A stretch of DNA of 48,820 bases. Source: an uncultured Eubacteriales bacterium. GTDB lineage: Bacteria; Bacillota; Clostridia; Peptostreptococcales; Anaerovoracaceae. A model generated the notes under the pieces. That model had not been told where the DNA came from, did not search any database, and saw only the letters and a program-made list of their open reading frames with translations. The stretch is from the NCBI GenBank assembly GCA_900542245.1, contig UQMQ01000001.1, forward strand, positions 1-48,820, given 5' to 3'. A program made the position numbers and the translations under genes. This document shows positions 28,936 to 39,100 of the stretch, one piece after another; position 1 is the stretch's first letter, and each line of letters opens with the position of its first letter.

Positions 28936-30378
28936 ATGGCGAAAGAATGTATCAACTGCGGCGCGAGCATCAAATTTTATCAGGATTATTTCTGTCTGGT
29001 GAACCAGAATGTCTATTTCTGTGAGACTTGTGCGCAAAAGGCAGAACCGCTGCTGCAGGATATTAAGACTGCGATCACGATGAATTCTTATCAAGACGCA
29101 AAGGAAAAGTTTGCGCAGGAGCTTCCGGAATCCGGGCTCAGCGAGGAGGCCAGGAAGTATCTGCAGTACGAATTCGATGATCTTGCGCAGAGCATTCCGG
29201 GTGTGGAAAGCAAAAAACTGCGCAATGCCAGAGTATTCAACGGTTCGTTTCAGGCCTGCTGCGGTGCGATTTATCGGGCAGGCAAAACGATCACCGGGTC
29301 AGAACCGGTCGTGCCGATGCAGTGCATCAAGCTGCCGACCCGAGATGGAGAGTATCATGTTGTGACGGCAGTCTTTGAGAATTACTTTATGAGGACCGGT
29401 TCCTATGCCAGTTTGTCAATCACGATGGTCTGGGTGGAGAATCTGTTCAAAGCAGGAACCGCCATTGTCAGTGCGGTTGCATCCGGCGGCGGAGAGGGGC
29501 TGTTCAATATCAGCTGGGGCGCGGAAGAGGATTTTGCGGCTTCGTTCTGGCGGGCGCTCAGAGATCAGAATCCATCGTTCGAGTTCAGGGAATACGGGGA
29601 ATCATTCTGGGACAGCGGCATTGAATTTCAAGATTTGGACAGAGGCGGCCCGGCGTTAGATGCACAGACCTCTGCCGCATCTGACGGACCGCCTCGGCAG
29701 AGCCGGCAGGCTGCGGGCAGGGCCAACATGAGCGCAGGCGCGTCTGACAGCGGCGCACAGACAATATATCCGCATCGTATCGGTGTGCTGGGCGGCACCT
29801 TTGATCCGGTACATATCGGGCATGTCACGCTCGGCCGGGCAGCGCTCATGGAAGCGGGTCTTGCGAAGCTGATCGTAATGCCTGCTTATGTCCAGCCGTT
29901 CAAGCAGGGCAAGCGCGTGACCGATGATGCGCACAGGCTCGCAATGGCGAAGCTGGCGTTCGCGGAGGTGCCGCGGACGGAGGTTTCGACCCTTGAGATC
30001 GACCGCATGCGCGTCTCCTATACCTACGATACGCTGACAGCCCTGCAAAAGGAAATGCCGGGCAAGGAGATTTTCTTTATTACGGGAACAGACGCGTTTT
30101 TGGCGCTGGACAGCTGGTATAAAGGCATCGACCTTTTGGAGCATTTTTCTTTTATCGTCAGCATCAGACCGGGCTACCGGGAGGAGGAGCTGGATCACAA
30201 GATTGGCGAGTACCGCGCGAGATACGGGACCAACGTCATCAAACTGGTATCGCAGATGCCGGACATCTCAGCGACCGAAATCCGCGAAAAATATCAAGCA
30301 GGCGAGCCTGCGACAGGTCTGGTTCCCGAAACTGTAGAGAGGTATATCACAGAACATGGACTCTATCAAAGAGATTAA
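28936..30378 (+). CDS. nadD: Nicotinate-nucleotide adenylyltransferase with ~280-aa N-terminal extension (Zn-ribbon plus DUF6054-like region)
   Basis: C-terminal GGTFDPVHIGH, SYTYDT, GTD and ISATEIR motifs; N-terminal CINC...CETC; nadD-yqeK-rsfS synteny. Confidence 0.88.
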   Translation: MAKECINCGASIKFYQDYFCLVNQNVYFCETCAQKAEPLLQDIKTAITMNSYQDAKEKFAQELPESGLSEEARKYLQYEFDDLAQSIPGVESKKLRNARVFNGSFQACCGAIYRAGKTITGSEPVVPMQCIKLPTRDGEYHVVTAVFENYFMRTGSYASLSITMVWVENLFKAGTAIVSAVASGGGEGLFNISWGAEEDFAASFWRALRDQNPSFEFREYGESFWDSGIEFQDLDRGGPALDAQTSAASDGPPRQSRQAAGRANMSAGASDSGAQTIYPHRIGVLGGTFDPVHIGHVTLGRAALMEAGLAKLIVMPAYVQPFKQGKRVTDDAHRLAMAKLAFAEVPRTEVSTLEIDRMRVSYTYDTLTALQKEMPGKEIFFITGTDAFLALDSWYKGIDLLEHFSFIVSIRPGYREEELDHKIGEYRARYGTNVIKLVSQMPDISATEIREKYQAGEPATGLVPETVERYITEHGLYQRD

Positions 30379-30937
30379 GGATTATATCGAGAAGAATTTT
30401 TCGGAAAAAAGGAAAATTCACACCGAAGGCGTGCGGACAACCGCAATCGAGCTGGCGAAGCGCTACGGCGCGGACCCGCAGAAGGCTGAGATCGCGGCGC
30501 TCTTTCACGATATGTATCGGGGCGTTTCCGAAAACAGCCTCAACTATTATGTCAAGCACCTGGGTCTTGACAGCAAGTATCTGAATAACTGTAATCTGGC
30601 GCATGGCAAGATCGCGGCGATCATCATGCAGCGTGATTTTGAGATCGAGGATCCGGACATCATCAACGCGGTATCCTATCACACGACCGGACGACCGGGC
30701 ATGTCGCTTTTGGAAAAGATCATCTACATTGCTGATGCTGTCGAGCCGAACCGTTCCTATCCGGGCGTCGAAGCGCTGCGCAAGGAGGCCTATATCGATC
30801 TGGACAAGGCGTGCCTGATGTCGCTTTCCAACACGATCGATTTTGTCAGGTCCAGCGGCAAATATTTAGATGAGGAAACCATACGCGCAAAAGCGTATTT
30901 AGAAAATACGATCAAACAAAAAGGAGGAAAACCATGA
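30356..30937 (+). CDS. yqeK: HD-domain Ap4A hydrolase YqeK
   Basis: KRKIH, ALFHD, HG, YHTTG and IYIADAVEP motifs; synteny. Confidence 0.93.
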   Translation: MDSIKEIKDYIEKNFSEKRKIHTEGVRTTAIELAKRYGADPQKAEIAALFHDMYRGVSENSLNYYVKHLGLDSKYLNNCNLAHGKIAAIIMQRDFEIEDPDIINAVSYHTTGRPGMSLLEKIIYIADAVEPNRSYPGVEALRKEAYIDLDKACLMSLSNTIDFVRSSGKYLDEETIRAKAYLENTIKQKGGKP

Positions 30938-31278
30938 CCAACAGAGAGTACGCGCTGCTTGCCGGAAAGACGCTGTCCGCTAAAAAAGCACAGGATATCG
31001 TCATCATCGACATTCAGGGAAAGGCATCCTTTGCGGACTTTTTCGTCATCTGTTCCGGTACATCCGAACGACAGATCAATACATTGGTGGATGACGTAGA
31101 AGAGGCATTCGCGAAGGAAGGTCTCTTGGTAAAGTCGGTAGAGGGCAAACAGAACTCCGGCTGGATTTTAATGGATTTTGGCGATATCATCGTCAATCTG
31201 TTTACCAAGGAAATGAGAGAAAAATACAGTATCGAAAAAATTTGGGGCGATTGTGATTTCATCGAAGTGGAGGAATAG
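30934..31278 (+). CDS. rsfS: Ribosome silencing factor
   Basis: [14 protein letters not shown] and [11 protein letters not shown] motifs. Confidence 0.96.
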   Translation: MTNREYALLAGKTLSAKKAQDIVIIDIQGKASFADFFVICSGTSERQINTLVDDVEEAFAKEGLLVKSVEGKQNSGWILMDFGDIIVNLFTKEMREKYSIEKIWGDCDFIEVEE

Positions 31279-31285
31279 GACAAAG

Positions 31286-33760
31286 ATGAACGAGAAGTAT
31301 AATTTTAAGGAAATCGAAAAAAAATGGCAGGACTATTGGGAACAAAATCAACTGTTCAAGTGCACAGAGGATGAAACGAAGAAAAAATATTATGTGCTGG
31401 AAATGTTCCCATACCCGTCAGGCAAGCTGCACATGGGACACGTTCGAAACTATTCCATCGGTGACGTGGTAGCCAGATTCAAGAAGATGGATGGCTATAA
31501 CGTGCTGCATCCGATGGGTTTCGACTCCTTCGGCCTGCCGGCAGAAAACGCGGCGATCCAGCATGGTATCCACCCGAGCAAATGGACCTGGGACAATATC
31601 CACGAGATGGAAGCGCAGCTGAGAGAGCTCGGTCTTTCCTATGACTGGGACAGAGAAGTCGCGACCTGCCACGAAGACTATTACAGATGGATGCAGTGGA
31701 TCTTCATTCAGTTCTTCAAGAAAGGGCTGGCTTACAAGAAAGAAAATCCGGTTAACTGGTGTCCGAGCTGTCAGACCGTACTGGCCAACGAACAGGTTGT
31801 AGACGGGGTTTGCGAACGCTGCAAGACGCCGGTGACGAAGAAAAACCTTTCGCAGTGGTATTTTAAGATTACCGACTACGCGGACAGACTGCTGGAAAAC
31901 CTCGACAACGGCAAACTGGACGGCTGGCCGGCAAAGGTCAGAACAATGCAGAAAAACTGGATCGGGAAGTCCTACGGCTGCGAAGTGGATTTCAAAATGA
32001 AGGATTCCGATGAAACGCTGACGGTATTCACGACCAGAGTGGACACCATCTACGGTACGACTTTTATGGTTCTGGCACCGGAGTATCCGACCGTTCTGGA
32101 AAATGTCAAGGGAACGGAATACGAGAAACCGGTTCTGGAGTATATCGACAAGGTCAAGCACATGAACGAGATCGAGCGTACCTCCACGACCAACGAAAAG
32201 ACCGGTGTATTCATCGGCAAGTACGCGATCAACCCGTTCACGCATAAGGAAATGCCGATCTATATCGCGGATTACGTTCTGATGGGCTACGGTACCGGCG
32301 CGGTTATGGGCGTACCGGCACATGACCAGAGAGACTTTGAATTCGCGACGAAATTTGGTATCGACATCGTCCCGGTTGTTGATCCGCAGGATCCGGAAGT
32401 GGATGTGAATCACCTGACACAGGCCTGCGCGGCGTCCGGCGTGATGATCAACTCCGGCGAAATCACCGGGATGCAATCCGCAGACGCGATCCCGTATATG
32501 ATCGACAAGGCGGAGAAGGAGGGGCTCGGACACCGCAAGGTCAACTATAAACTCAGAGACTGGCTGATCTCGCGTCAGAGATACTGGGGCACACCGATTC
32601 CGATGATCTACTGTGAGGACTGCGGCTGGGTACCGGAGAAGGAAGAGAACCTGCCGGTTCTGCTGCCGACGGACGTGGAATTCACCGGCAAAGGGGAATC
32701 CCCGATCGCGACCTCGCCGACCTTCAAACACTGCGCTTGTCCGCGCTGCGGCAAGCAAGCGACCAGAGAAGTCGATACGATGGATACCTTCCTAGATTCC
32801 TCGTGGTATTTCCTCAGATACTGTGATCCGAAGAACGACCACGCGCCGTTCGATTCGGACAAGGCGAACTACTGGATGAATGTGGATCAGTATATCGGCG
32901 GTGTCGAACACGCGATCCTGCATCTGATGTACTCTCGTTTCTTCCAGATGGCGCTGCATGATCTCGGTCTTGTCAGAGATGATGAGCCGTTTAAGAATCT
33001 TTTGACGCAGGGTATGGTCAACAAGGACGGCAAGAAGATGAGTAAGTCGCTCGGCAATGTCGTCAGTCCGGAGGAAATCATCAAGAAATACGGCGCGGAT
33101 ACTGCAAGATTATTCATTCTTTTCGCGGCACCGCCGGAAAGAGAGCTTGACTGGTCCGACGCGGGCGTGGAGGGCAGCTATCGTTTCCTCAATCGTGTTT
33201 GGAGACTGGTTTACGAATTCCACGCAAAATATCCGGAAGTACCGACAGCGTTTGAGATCAAGACCGAAGCTGACAAGTCTCTGAACTATATGCTGCATAC
33301 CGCGATTAAAAAGGTCAGCGAGGATGTCGGCGGCAGATTCAGCTTCAATACGGCGATCTCTTCGATTATGGAGCTTGTAAACGAAATGTACCGCTACAAA
33401 GAGGGCGATGTGAACGTCGGCTTCTTTGGCAAAGCAATCAAAGATTTGATTTTGATCCTGTCCCCGTTCACACCGCATATCTGTGAGGAAATGTGGCATG
33501 ATATCGGGCAGAACGAGTCTGTGGCAGTGATGTCATGGCCGGAATTTGACGAATCCGCGCTGGTGAAGGACGAGGTGGAAGTCATCGTGCAGATCAACGG
33601 CAAATTAAAAGATAAGTTAAGTGTTGCCAACAATCTTGATAAGGCAGCACTCGAAAAGACAGCAATGGAGAGTGATAAGATTCAAGCATTACTGGACGGA
33701 AAGACAGTTGTCAAGGTAATTTCCATACCGAACAAACTGATCAACATTGTAGTAAAATAG
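31286..33760 (+). CDS. leuS: Leucine--tRNA ligase
   Basis: [24 protein letters not shown] and KMSKS motifs; ATG at 31286. Confidence 0.98.
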   Translation: MNEKYNFKEIEKKWQDYWEQNQLFKCTEDETKKKYYVLEMFPYPSGKLHMGHVRNYSIGDVVARFKKMDGYNVLHPMGFDSFGLPAENAAIQHGIHPSKWTWDNIHEMEAQLRELGLSYDWDREVATCHEDYYRWMQWIFIQFFKKGLAYKKENPVNWCPSCQTVLANEQVVDGVCERCKTPVTKKNLSQWYFKITDYADRLLENLDNGKLDGWPAKVRTMQKNWIGKSYGCEVDFKMKDSDETLTVFTTRVDTIYGTTFMVLAPEYPTVLENVKGTEYEKPVLEYIDKVKHMNEIERTSTTNEKTGVFIGKYAINPFTHKEMPIYIADYVLMGYGTGAVMGVPAHDQRDFEFATKFGIDIVPVVDPQDPEVDVNHLTQACAASGVMINSGEITGMQSADAIPYMIDKAEKEGLGHRKVNYKLRDWLISRQRYWGTPIPMIYCEDCGWVPEKEENLPVLLPTDVEFTGKGESPIATSPTFKHCACPRCGKQATREVDTMDTFLDSSWYFLRYCDPKNDHAPFDSDKANYWMNVDQYIGGVEHAILHLMYSRFFQMALHDLGLVRDDEPFKNLLTQGMVNKDGKKMSKSLGNVVSPEEIIKKYGADTARLFILFAAPPERELDWSDAGVEGSYRFLNRVWRLVYEFHAKYPEVPTAFEIKTEADKSLNYMLHTAIKKVSEDVGGRFSFNTAISSIMELVNEMYRYKEGDVNVGFFGKAIKDLILILSPFTPHICEEMWHDIGQNESVAVMSWPEFDESALVKDEVEVIVQINGKLKDKLSVANNLDKAALEKTAMESDKIQALLDGKTVVKVISIPNKLINIVVK

Positions 33761-33782
33761 ATAGAAACAGAATAATATCACA

Positions 33783-33826
33783 GCAGGTGCGCCGCCGCAG
33801 CAAGTGTTTGGCGGCGCGGGTCCTGC
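33783..33826 (+). terminator. GC-rich hairpin after leuS
   Basis: GCAGG..GCGCCGCC...GGCGGCGC..CCTGC; weak U-tract. Confidence 0.45.
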
Positions 33827-33874
33827 AAGAAAATACTGTCTTTTCATAAATAGAGAAAAAAGGACGGAGAATTT

Positions 33875-35563
33875 ATGAGAAGAAGACAAACAAAACCAAA
33901 AAAAGAAAGCCCAATGCTAAAGGTGATTCCAATAGGAGGACTGAACGAAATCGGCAAGAACCTGACACTCCTGGAATACCAAGATGAAATTTTGATCATC
34001 GACTGCGGACTTTCTTTCCCGGAGGACGAAATGTACGGCATTGATATCGTCATTCCGGATTTTTCCTACTTGATCGCGAATCGCAGCAAGATCGTCGGTA
34101 TGGTGATCACGCATGGTCATGAGGACCATATCGGCGCCATTCCTTATCTGCTCAAGCATATCAAGATTCCGGTCTATGGCACGAGACTCACGCTGGGACT
34201 GGTGGAAAACAAGTTAAAAGAACACGAAGTAATCGGGGATTTGCGGACGATTAACGCAGGCGATAAGTTTAAGCTCGGCGAGTATTTTGATATCGAAACG
34301 ATCCGCACGACGCACTCAATCGCGGACGCGATCTGTCTGGCGATCACGACCCCGGCAGGCGTGGTATTCCACTCCGGCGACTTCAAGATCGACTATACAC
34401 CGATTGACGGGGAACCGATCGACTTTTCGAAGCTGGCGCAGATTGGTAAGAAGGGTGTGACGCTGATGCTCTGCGACAGCACCAACGCGGTGCGTCCGGG
34501 CTATACAGCCTCTGAACGCGTGGTTGGGCAGACGATTGAAAATATCTTCCGCAGTTCCAAAAACCGCATCATCATCGCAACCTTCTCGTCGAACGTACAT
34601 CGCGTGCAGAAGATTATCGAGAACGCGGTCAAGGTCGGCCGCAAGGTGGCGGTTTCCGGCAGAAGTATGGAAAACGTAGTCGCGCTCGCGATCGAGCTGG
34701 GTTATCTGAATATCCCGGCAGGCACGTTGGTCGATCTTAAAATGACAAAGAACATTCCGGACGATAAACTGGTCATCATCACGACCGGCAGCCAGGGCGA
34801 ACCGATGTCAGCCCTGTCTCGCATCGCTTCCGGCGAGCATAAGGCTGTAAAGCTCAAAAAAGGCGATACGGTCATCCTGTCCTCGACACCGATCCCGGGC
34901 AATGAAAAAACCGTATCCAATGTCGTCAATAAGCTCTTTGAAAAGGGCGCGGAGGTGATCTACTCCGATATCGCGGATATTCATGTTTCCGGACACGCGT
35001 GTCAGGAGGAGCTGAAGCTCTTGCATTCGCTGATCAAGCCAAAGTTCTTCATGCCGGTACATGGCGAATACCGTCATCTGGTGCAGCACGCCAGACTGGC
35101 AGAGTCTCTGGGCATGAAGAAGGAGAACATCTTCGTGCTCAACAACGGCGACATTCTGAACGTTAATACGCGCAAGGCGTTTGTCGAAAAAGACCAGGTG
35201 GAGGCAGACGCGATTCTCGTCGATGGCCTTGGGGTCGGTGATGTCGGCAATATCGTACTCAGAGACCGCAAACTGCTGTCCGAGTCTGGTCTGATGATCG
35301 TCGTGGCGGCTATCGAGCGCGAAAGTCATCTGGTGGTTTCCGGACCGGACATTATCTCCAGAGGCTTTGTCTATGTCAGAGAAAACGAAAAGCTGATGGA
35401 TGAGGCGCGTAAGGTGGCGATTCAGGCGTTGAAGCGCTGTCAGGATAAAAATATTACGGACTGGAACGCGATGAAGTCGCAGGTCAGAGATTCGCTGAGC
35501 AGTTTCATTTACGAAACGACCAAGCGCAGCCCGATCATTCTGCCGATCTTCCTCGAAGTGTAG
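33875..35563 (+). CDS. rnj: Ribonuclease J
   Basis: GGLNEIGKN, THGHEDHIG, TTGSQGEP, HVSGH and PVHGE motifs. Confidence 0.97.
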   Translation: MRRRQTKPKKESPMLKVIPIGGLNEIGKNLTLLEYQDEILIIDCGLSFPEDEMYGIDIVIPDFSYLIANRSKIVGMVITHGHEDHIGAIPYLLKHIKIPVYGTRLTLGLVENKLKEHEVIGDLRTINAGDKFKLGEYFDIETIRTTHSIADAICLAITTPAGVVFHSGDFKIDYTPIDGEPIDFSKLAQIGKKGVTLMLCDSTNAVRPGYTASERVVGQTIENIFRSSKNRIIIATFSSNVHRVQKIIENAVKVGRKVAVSGRSMENVVALAIELGYLNIPAGTLVDLKMTKNIPDDKLVIITTGSQGEPMSALSRIASGEHKAVKLKKGDTVILSSTPIPGNEKTVSNVVNKLFEKGAEVIYSDIADIHVSGHACQEELKLLHSLIKPKFFMPVHGEYRHLVQHARLAESLGMKKENIFVLNNGDILNVNTRKAFVEKDQVEADAILVDGLGVGDVGNIVLRDRKLLSESGLMIVVAAIERESHLVVSGPDIISRGFVYVRENEKLMDEARKVAIQALKRCQDKNITDWNAMKSQVRDSLSSFIYETTKRSPIILPIFLEV

Positions 35564-36095
35564 CGCTTCTTGCGCGGAACCTGCAGGACCGGTTTCCGGG
35601 GTGCAGGTGCAAAGCGCAATCAACAGCGAACACCTTTGCGTTCCGGCTGCGGCACGAGGAATTTCATCTGCTCGCTGCGGCGAAAATGGGCGGAATTTTC
35701 TGTCCAGCGCTGCTGTCAGAACAATTCCGGCACCATTTTCCTGCCTTGCTTGCGCGTGAAATTCTTTCGCTCTGCAGCAAAGGAACGCATCGCTGTTGCT
35801 GCTTGCTTGCGATTTTCTGCACGCTGTCAAAAAGTTCTGTATGATTCCGCAGGAGCTGCTTGCATTGTCTGCAAAGTGATGCAGATGCGCAGCCTGCGCG
35901 GAATCAGTGTTTGAGCATCGAAGATGCGAGTTTGATTCGCGGCACTGCGCAGCAAATCATGTGCAGCTGCAATGCACAGCGACGAGGACAAATGCAAGAA
36001 CATTTTGGCAGCGCGCAGGGATAGAGGAAGCTTTCCTGCAAAGTAGCAGAGAGCGACTGCGCGGGCGAATTAGCAGCGCACAGGGATAAAATTTT
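35563..36095. repeat. Intergenic region of nested inverted repeats (candidate structured RNA or palindromic element)
   Basis: Stems 35817-35838/35997-36018, 35842-35850/35898-35906 and 35707-35714/36072-36079; hairpin 35563-35617. Confidence 0.55.
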
Positions 36096-36123
36096 GATAA
36101 AACGGTAAAGGAGAAATAAGCAA

Positions 36124-36465
36124 ATGAACGTATACGATCAGGCGCATGGACTGGCGTCTGCCATCAAGGCCTCTGAAGAATTCAAACAATACGATGCCTT
36201 AAAGAAACAGATCGATGCAAACGCAGATCTTTCCAAAATGCTCAAAGACTTTCAGGCAAAACAGCTGGAATTTCAAACCAAACAGATGATGGGTGAACAG
36301 CCGAACGCGGAAGATATGGCAGGAATCCAGCAGCTGTACACGATCATGGCGGCAGACCCGCTGACTGCACAGTATCTGCAGGCCGAGATGAGATTTTCTC
36401 TGATGATGAAAGACGTTTACGGCATCATCGGCGAAGCCATCGGTGTCGGCGATCTTTTGGGATAA
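36124..36465 (+). CDS. YlbF/YheA family (Com_YlbF) protein
   Basis: MNVYDQAHGLASAIKASEEF; helical 113 aa; AAGGAG RBS. Confidence 0.9.
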   Translation: MNVYDQAHGLASAIKASEEFKQYDALKKQIDANADLSKMLKDFQAKQLEFQTKQMMGEQPNAEDMAGIQQLYTIMAADPLTAQYLQAEMRFSLMMKDVYGIIGEAIGVGDLLG

Positions 36466-36512
36466 AATCCGGTTTTACTATGGAAATTCCTTGAAAATAT
36501 CAGAATGAGTAC

Positions 36513-36541
36513 TTGGCAATCGACATGTTTTTTGATATAAT
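36513..36541 (+). promoter_or_regulatory. SigA promoter of efp
   Basis: TTGGCA-N17-TATAAT with an extended TG. Confidence 0.75.
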
Positions 36542-36596
36542 CAAAATATCAATATGTCATAAATAACAGATTTAAATAAAGAATGGAGAGATAAAT

Positions 36597-37157
36597 ATGA
36601 TTTACGCTAGTGATTTCAGAAAAGGCAGAACATTTCAGATCAACGGAGAACCGCATGTTGTTCTTGACTTCTTACATGTAAAGCCGGGCAAAGGCGCTGC
36701 ATTCGTAAGAACCAAATATAAGAACATCATCACCGGAGCGACCAGAGAAGAAGCGTTTAACCCGGATGACAAGTTCGAAGAAGCAATCATCGAAACCAAG
36801 AAGATGCAATATCTGTACGATATGGACGGACTCTATTACTTCATGGACCCGGAAACTTACGATCAGATTCCGTTGGGTGCAGAGCAGGTAGAGGATGCGA
36901 TCAAGTTCATGAGACCGAACGACGAAGCGACCGTGAAGTTTTTCCAGGGAAATGCGTTCCTGGTAGAAGCACCGAACTTCGTAGATCTTGAGGTCATCGA
37001 AACAGAGCCGGGCGTAAAGGGCAACACTGCGACCAATGTAACGAAGGCAGCAACTGTAGAAACCGGCGCAGTGGTACAGGTTCCGATCTTCATCGAAACC
37101 GGCGAAAAGATTCAGATCGACACCAGAACCGGCGAATATCTGGGAAGAGCGAAATAG
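36597..37157 (+). CDS. efp: Elongation factor P
   Basis: [20 protein letters not shown] and [16 protein letters not shown] motifs. Confidence 0.98.
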   Translation: MIYASDFRKGRTFQINGEPHVVLDFLHVKPGKGAAFVRTKYKNIITGATREEAFNPDDKFEEAIIETKKMQYLYDMDGLYYFMDPETYDQIPLGAEQVEDAIKFMRPNDEATVKFFQGNAFLVEAPNFVDLEVIETEPGVKGNTATNVTKAATVETGAVVQVPIFIETGEKIQIDTRTGEYLGRAK

Positions 37158-37178
37158 TTGATACAAAAAGCTTGAGTG

Positions 37179-37220
37179 GCGGAAGGACGCGCAGCAAAAT
37201 TCTGCCGTCCTTCCGTTTTT
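37179..37220 (+). terminator. Intrinsic terminator after efp
   Basis: GCGGAAGGACG...CGTCCTTCCGT-TTTT. Confidence 0.8.
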
Positions 37221-37295
37221 CTGAAATGATTGTGAATACAATATCAAAAGGCAAAATATCTGAAGCTAAAGCAAACGATACAAAAGGGGATATAC

Positions 37296-38414
37296 ATGAG
37301 ATCATCAAAGCATCTTGCCAAAATTTTGATTCCTGCGCTCATCGGTGTGCTGCTCCTTGCGGTAGGTTTTTGGATCTATATGGGCAGTATGGGGAAACCG
37401 TATGACAGCGAAAATGCCGCCTCAGTCAGCGTGGAGATTCCGTCAGGCACCAGTGCCGCGGGCATCGCGCAGACGCTGGAGGATAACGGTATCATCGCCA
37501 GCGCGGGCAAGTTCCGGTTCTGGTCTAAGAGCAAAGGCTGGGACAGCCAGTATAAGGCGGGCACTTACGCGCTTTCGCCGTCCATGGACTATACAGAGAT
37601 CGCAGAGATCCTGGTAGGCGGCAAGGTGAGTATGCAGACGTTTACGGTACCGGAGGGACTGACCGTAGCACAGACAATCCAAAAGCTGGTCGATCAGGGC
37701 ATGGGCGATCAGGCTGTATTCGAGAACGTCGTTAAAGATCCGAAGTGGCTCGATACATATGAATTTCTTCATTATGCAAGTGATGTGGAAGCAATGAAAA
37801 GGGATCTGCCGGACAATTATCTGGAGGGCTATCTGATGCCAAACACCTATTATGTCGCGGAGGGCAGCTCAGAAGAAGAGATCATCAACACCATGCTGCG
37901 CCAGTTTAATCAGGATGTCTTTGAAGGCATCTTCAAAGGACAGGAGACAGAATGGAAAGACCTTTTGACCCGATACGGCGCTTATCTGACGACCGAGCAG
38001 GGTGTGCAGCTGCGCGACATCATCAAATACGCTTCCATCATCGAACGGGAGGCGATTGTTGATGCGGAACGCCCAAAGGTCGCAGCGGTAATTTACAACC
38101 GTCTGGAAAAGGGAATGAAATTCCAGATGTGCTCGACCGTACAATATGTGATCGGCAAGCAAAAGGACAATCTGACTTACGCGGATCTTGAGATCGATTC
38201 GCCGTACAACAGTTACAAGTATAAGGATATCCCGGGACCGATCTGTTCTCCGGGTATGGCATCGATCCGGGCGGCGTTTTACCCATCGGACGCGGATTAT
38301 CTGTATTTCGTTGCCAGCGAAAAGCTGGACGGTACATCGAACTTTTCGTCCGATTATAATCAGTTCTTAAAGGACAAAGCAGCCTATGACAAAGCCTATC
38401 GGGCTGCACACTAA
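37296..38414 (+). CDS. mltG: Endolytic transglycosylase MltG
   Basis: N-terminal TM; TVPEG, LEGYLMPNTY, ASIIERE, VIYNRL, SPYNSY and PGPICSPG motifs. Confidence 0.95.
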   Translation: MRSSKHLAKILIPALIGVLLLAVGFWIYMGSMGKPYDSENAASVSVEIPSGTSAAGIAQTLEDNGIIASAGKFRFWSKSKGWDSQYKAGTYALSPSMDYTEIAEILVGGKVSMQTFTVPEGLTVAQTIQKLVDQGMGDQAVFENVVKDPKWLDTYEFLHYASDVEAMKRDLPDNYLEGYLMPNTYYVAEGSSEEEIINTMLRQFNQDVFEGIFKGQETEWKDLLTRYGAYLTTEQGVQLRDIIKYASIIEREAIVDAERPKVAAVIYNRLEKGMKFQMCSTVQYVIGKQKDNLTYADLEIDSPYNSYKYKDIPGPICSPGMASIRAAFYPSDADYLYFVASEKLDGTSNFSSDYNQFLKDKAAYDKAYRAAH

Positions 38415-38418
38415 ATAC

Positions 38419-39093
38419 ATGGAATTTACACAGAATATTACGAATGAAGTCGTTACGAAATATATCAATCGCTTCTATCAGCCGCTGACACCGGCGCTGG
38501 GTGCGCTTCGCCAGGAGGCAGAGCAGGCAGAGGTCCCGATCATTTTGAAGGAGACCGAGCAGTATCTTAAAACGATGCTGGCCGTCGTGAAGCCACAGAG
38601 GATTTTGGAAATCGGCTGTGCCGTCGGTTATTCCGCGATGTTTTTCGCGGCGTGCTGCGGCGCGGAGGTCGTGACCATCGAGAAAGATCCGGAGACTTAT
38701 GAAACGGCGTGCGCCAACCTCCGCAGACTTGGATACGAGGATCGTGTCACCATCCTGTGCGGTGACGGCGAAGAAGCTGTGAACCAGTTGAAGCAAGAGG
38801 AAATCGCACCGTTTGATCTGGTGTTCATCGACGCAGCCAAGAGCCATTATCAGCGTTTTATGGAGGCGGTACTACCTGTCTGCAGTCCGGATGCTGTAAT
38901 CATCTGCGATAATGTCCTGTTCAAGGCGAAAGTGGCAGATGACAGCTATGATCCGAGCGGCAAACATAAAACCAATATTCGCAAAATGCGTGCATTTTTG
39001 GAATATATCATGAAACATCCGCAGATGGACTCGTCTATCCTTGCGGTCGGAGACGGTATTTCGGTGACAAAATTAAACACAACCGCAAAATAG
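38419..39093 (+). CDS. SAM-dependent O-methyltransferase (YrrM/TrmR-like)
   Basis: ILEIGCAVGYS, FIDAAK and DNVLF motifs; mltG-yrrM-U32 synteny. Confidence 0.9.
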   Translation: MEFTQNITNEVVTKYINRFYQPLTPALGALRQEAEQAEVPIILKETEQYLKTMLAVVKPQRILEIGCAVGYSAMFFAACCGAEVVTIEKDPETYETACANLRRLGYEDRVTILCGDGEEAVNQLKQEEIAPFDLVFIDAAKSHYQRFMEAVLPVCSPDAVIICDNVLFKAKVADDSYDPSGKHKTNIRKMRAFLEYIMKHPQMDSSILAVGDGISVTKLNTTAK

Positions 39094-39100
39094 GAAAAAT

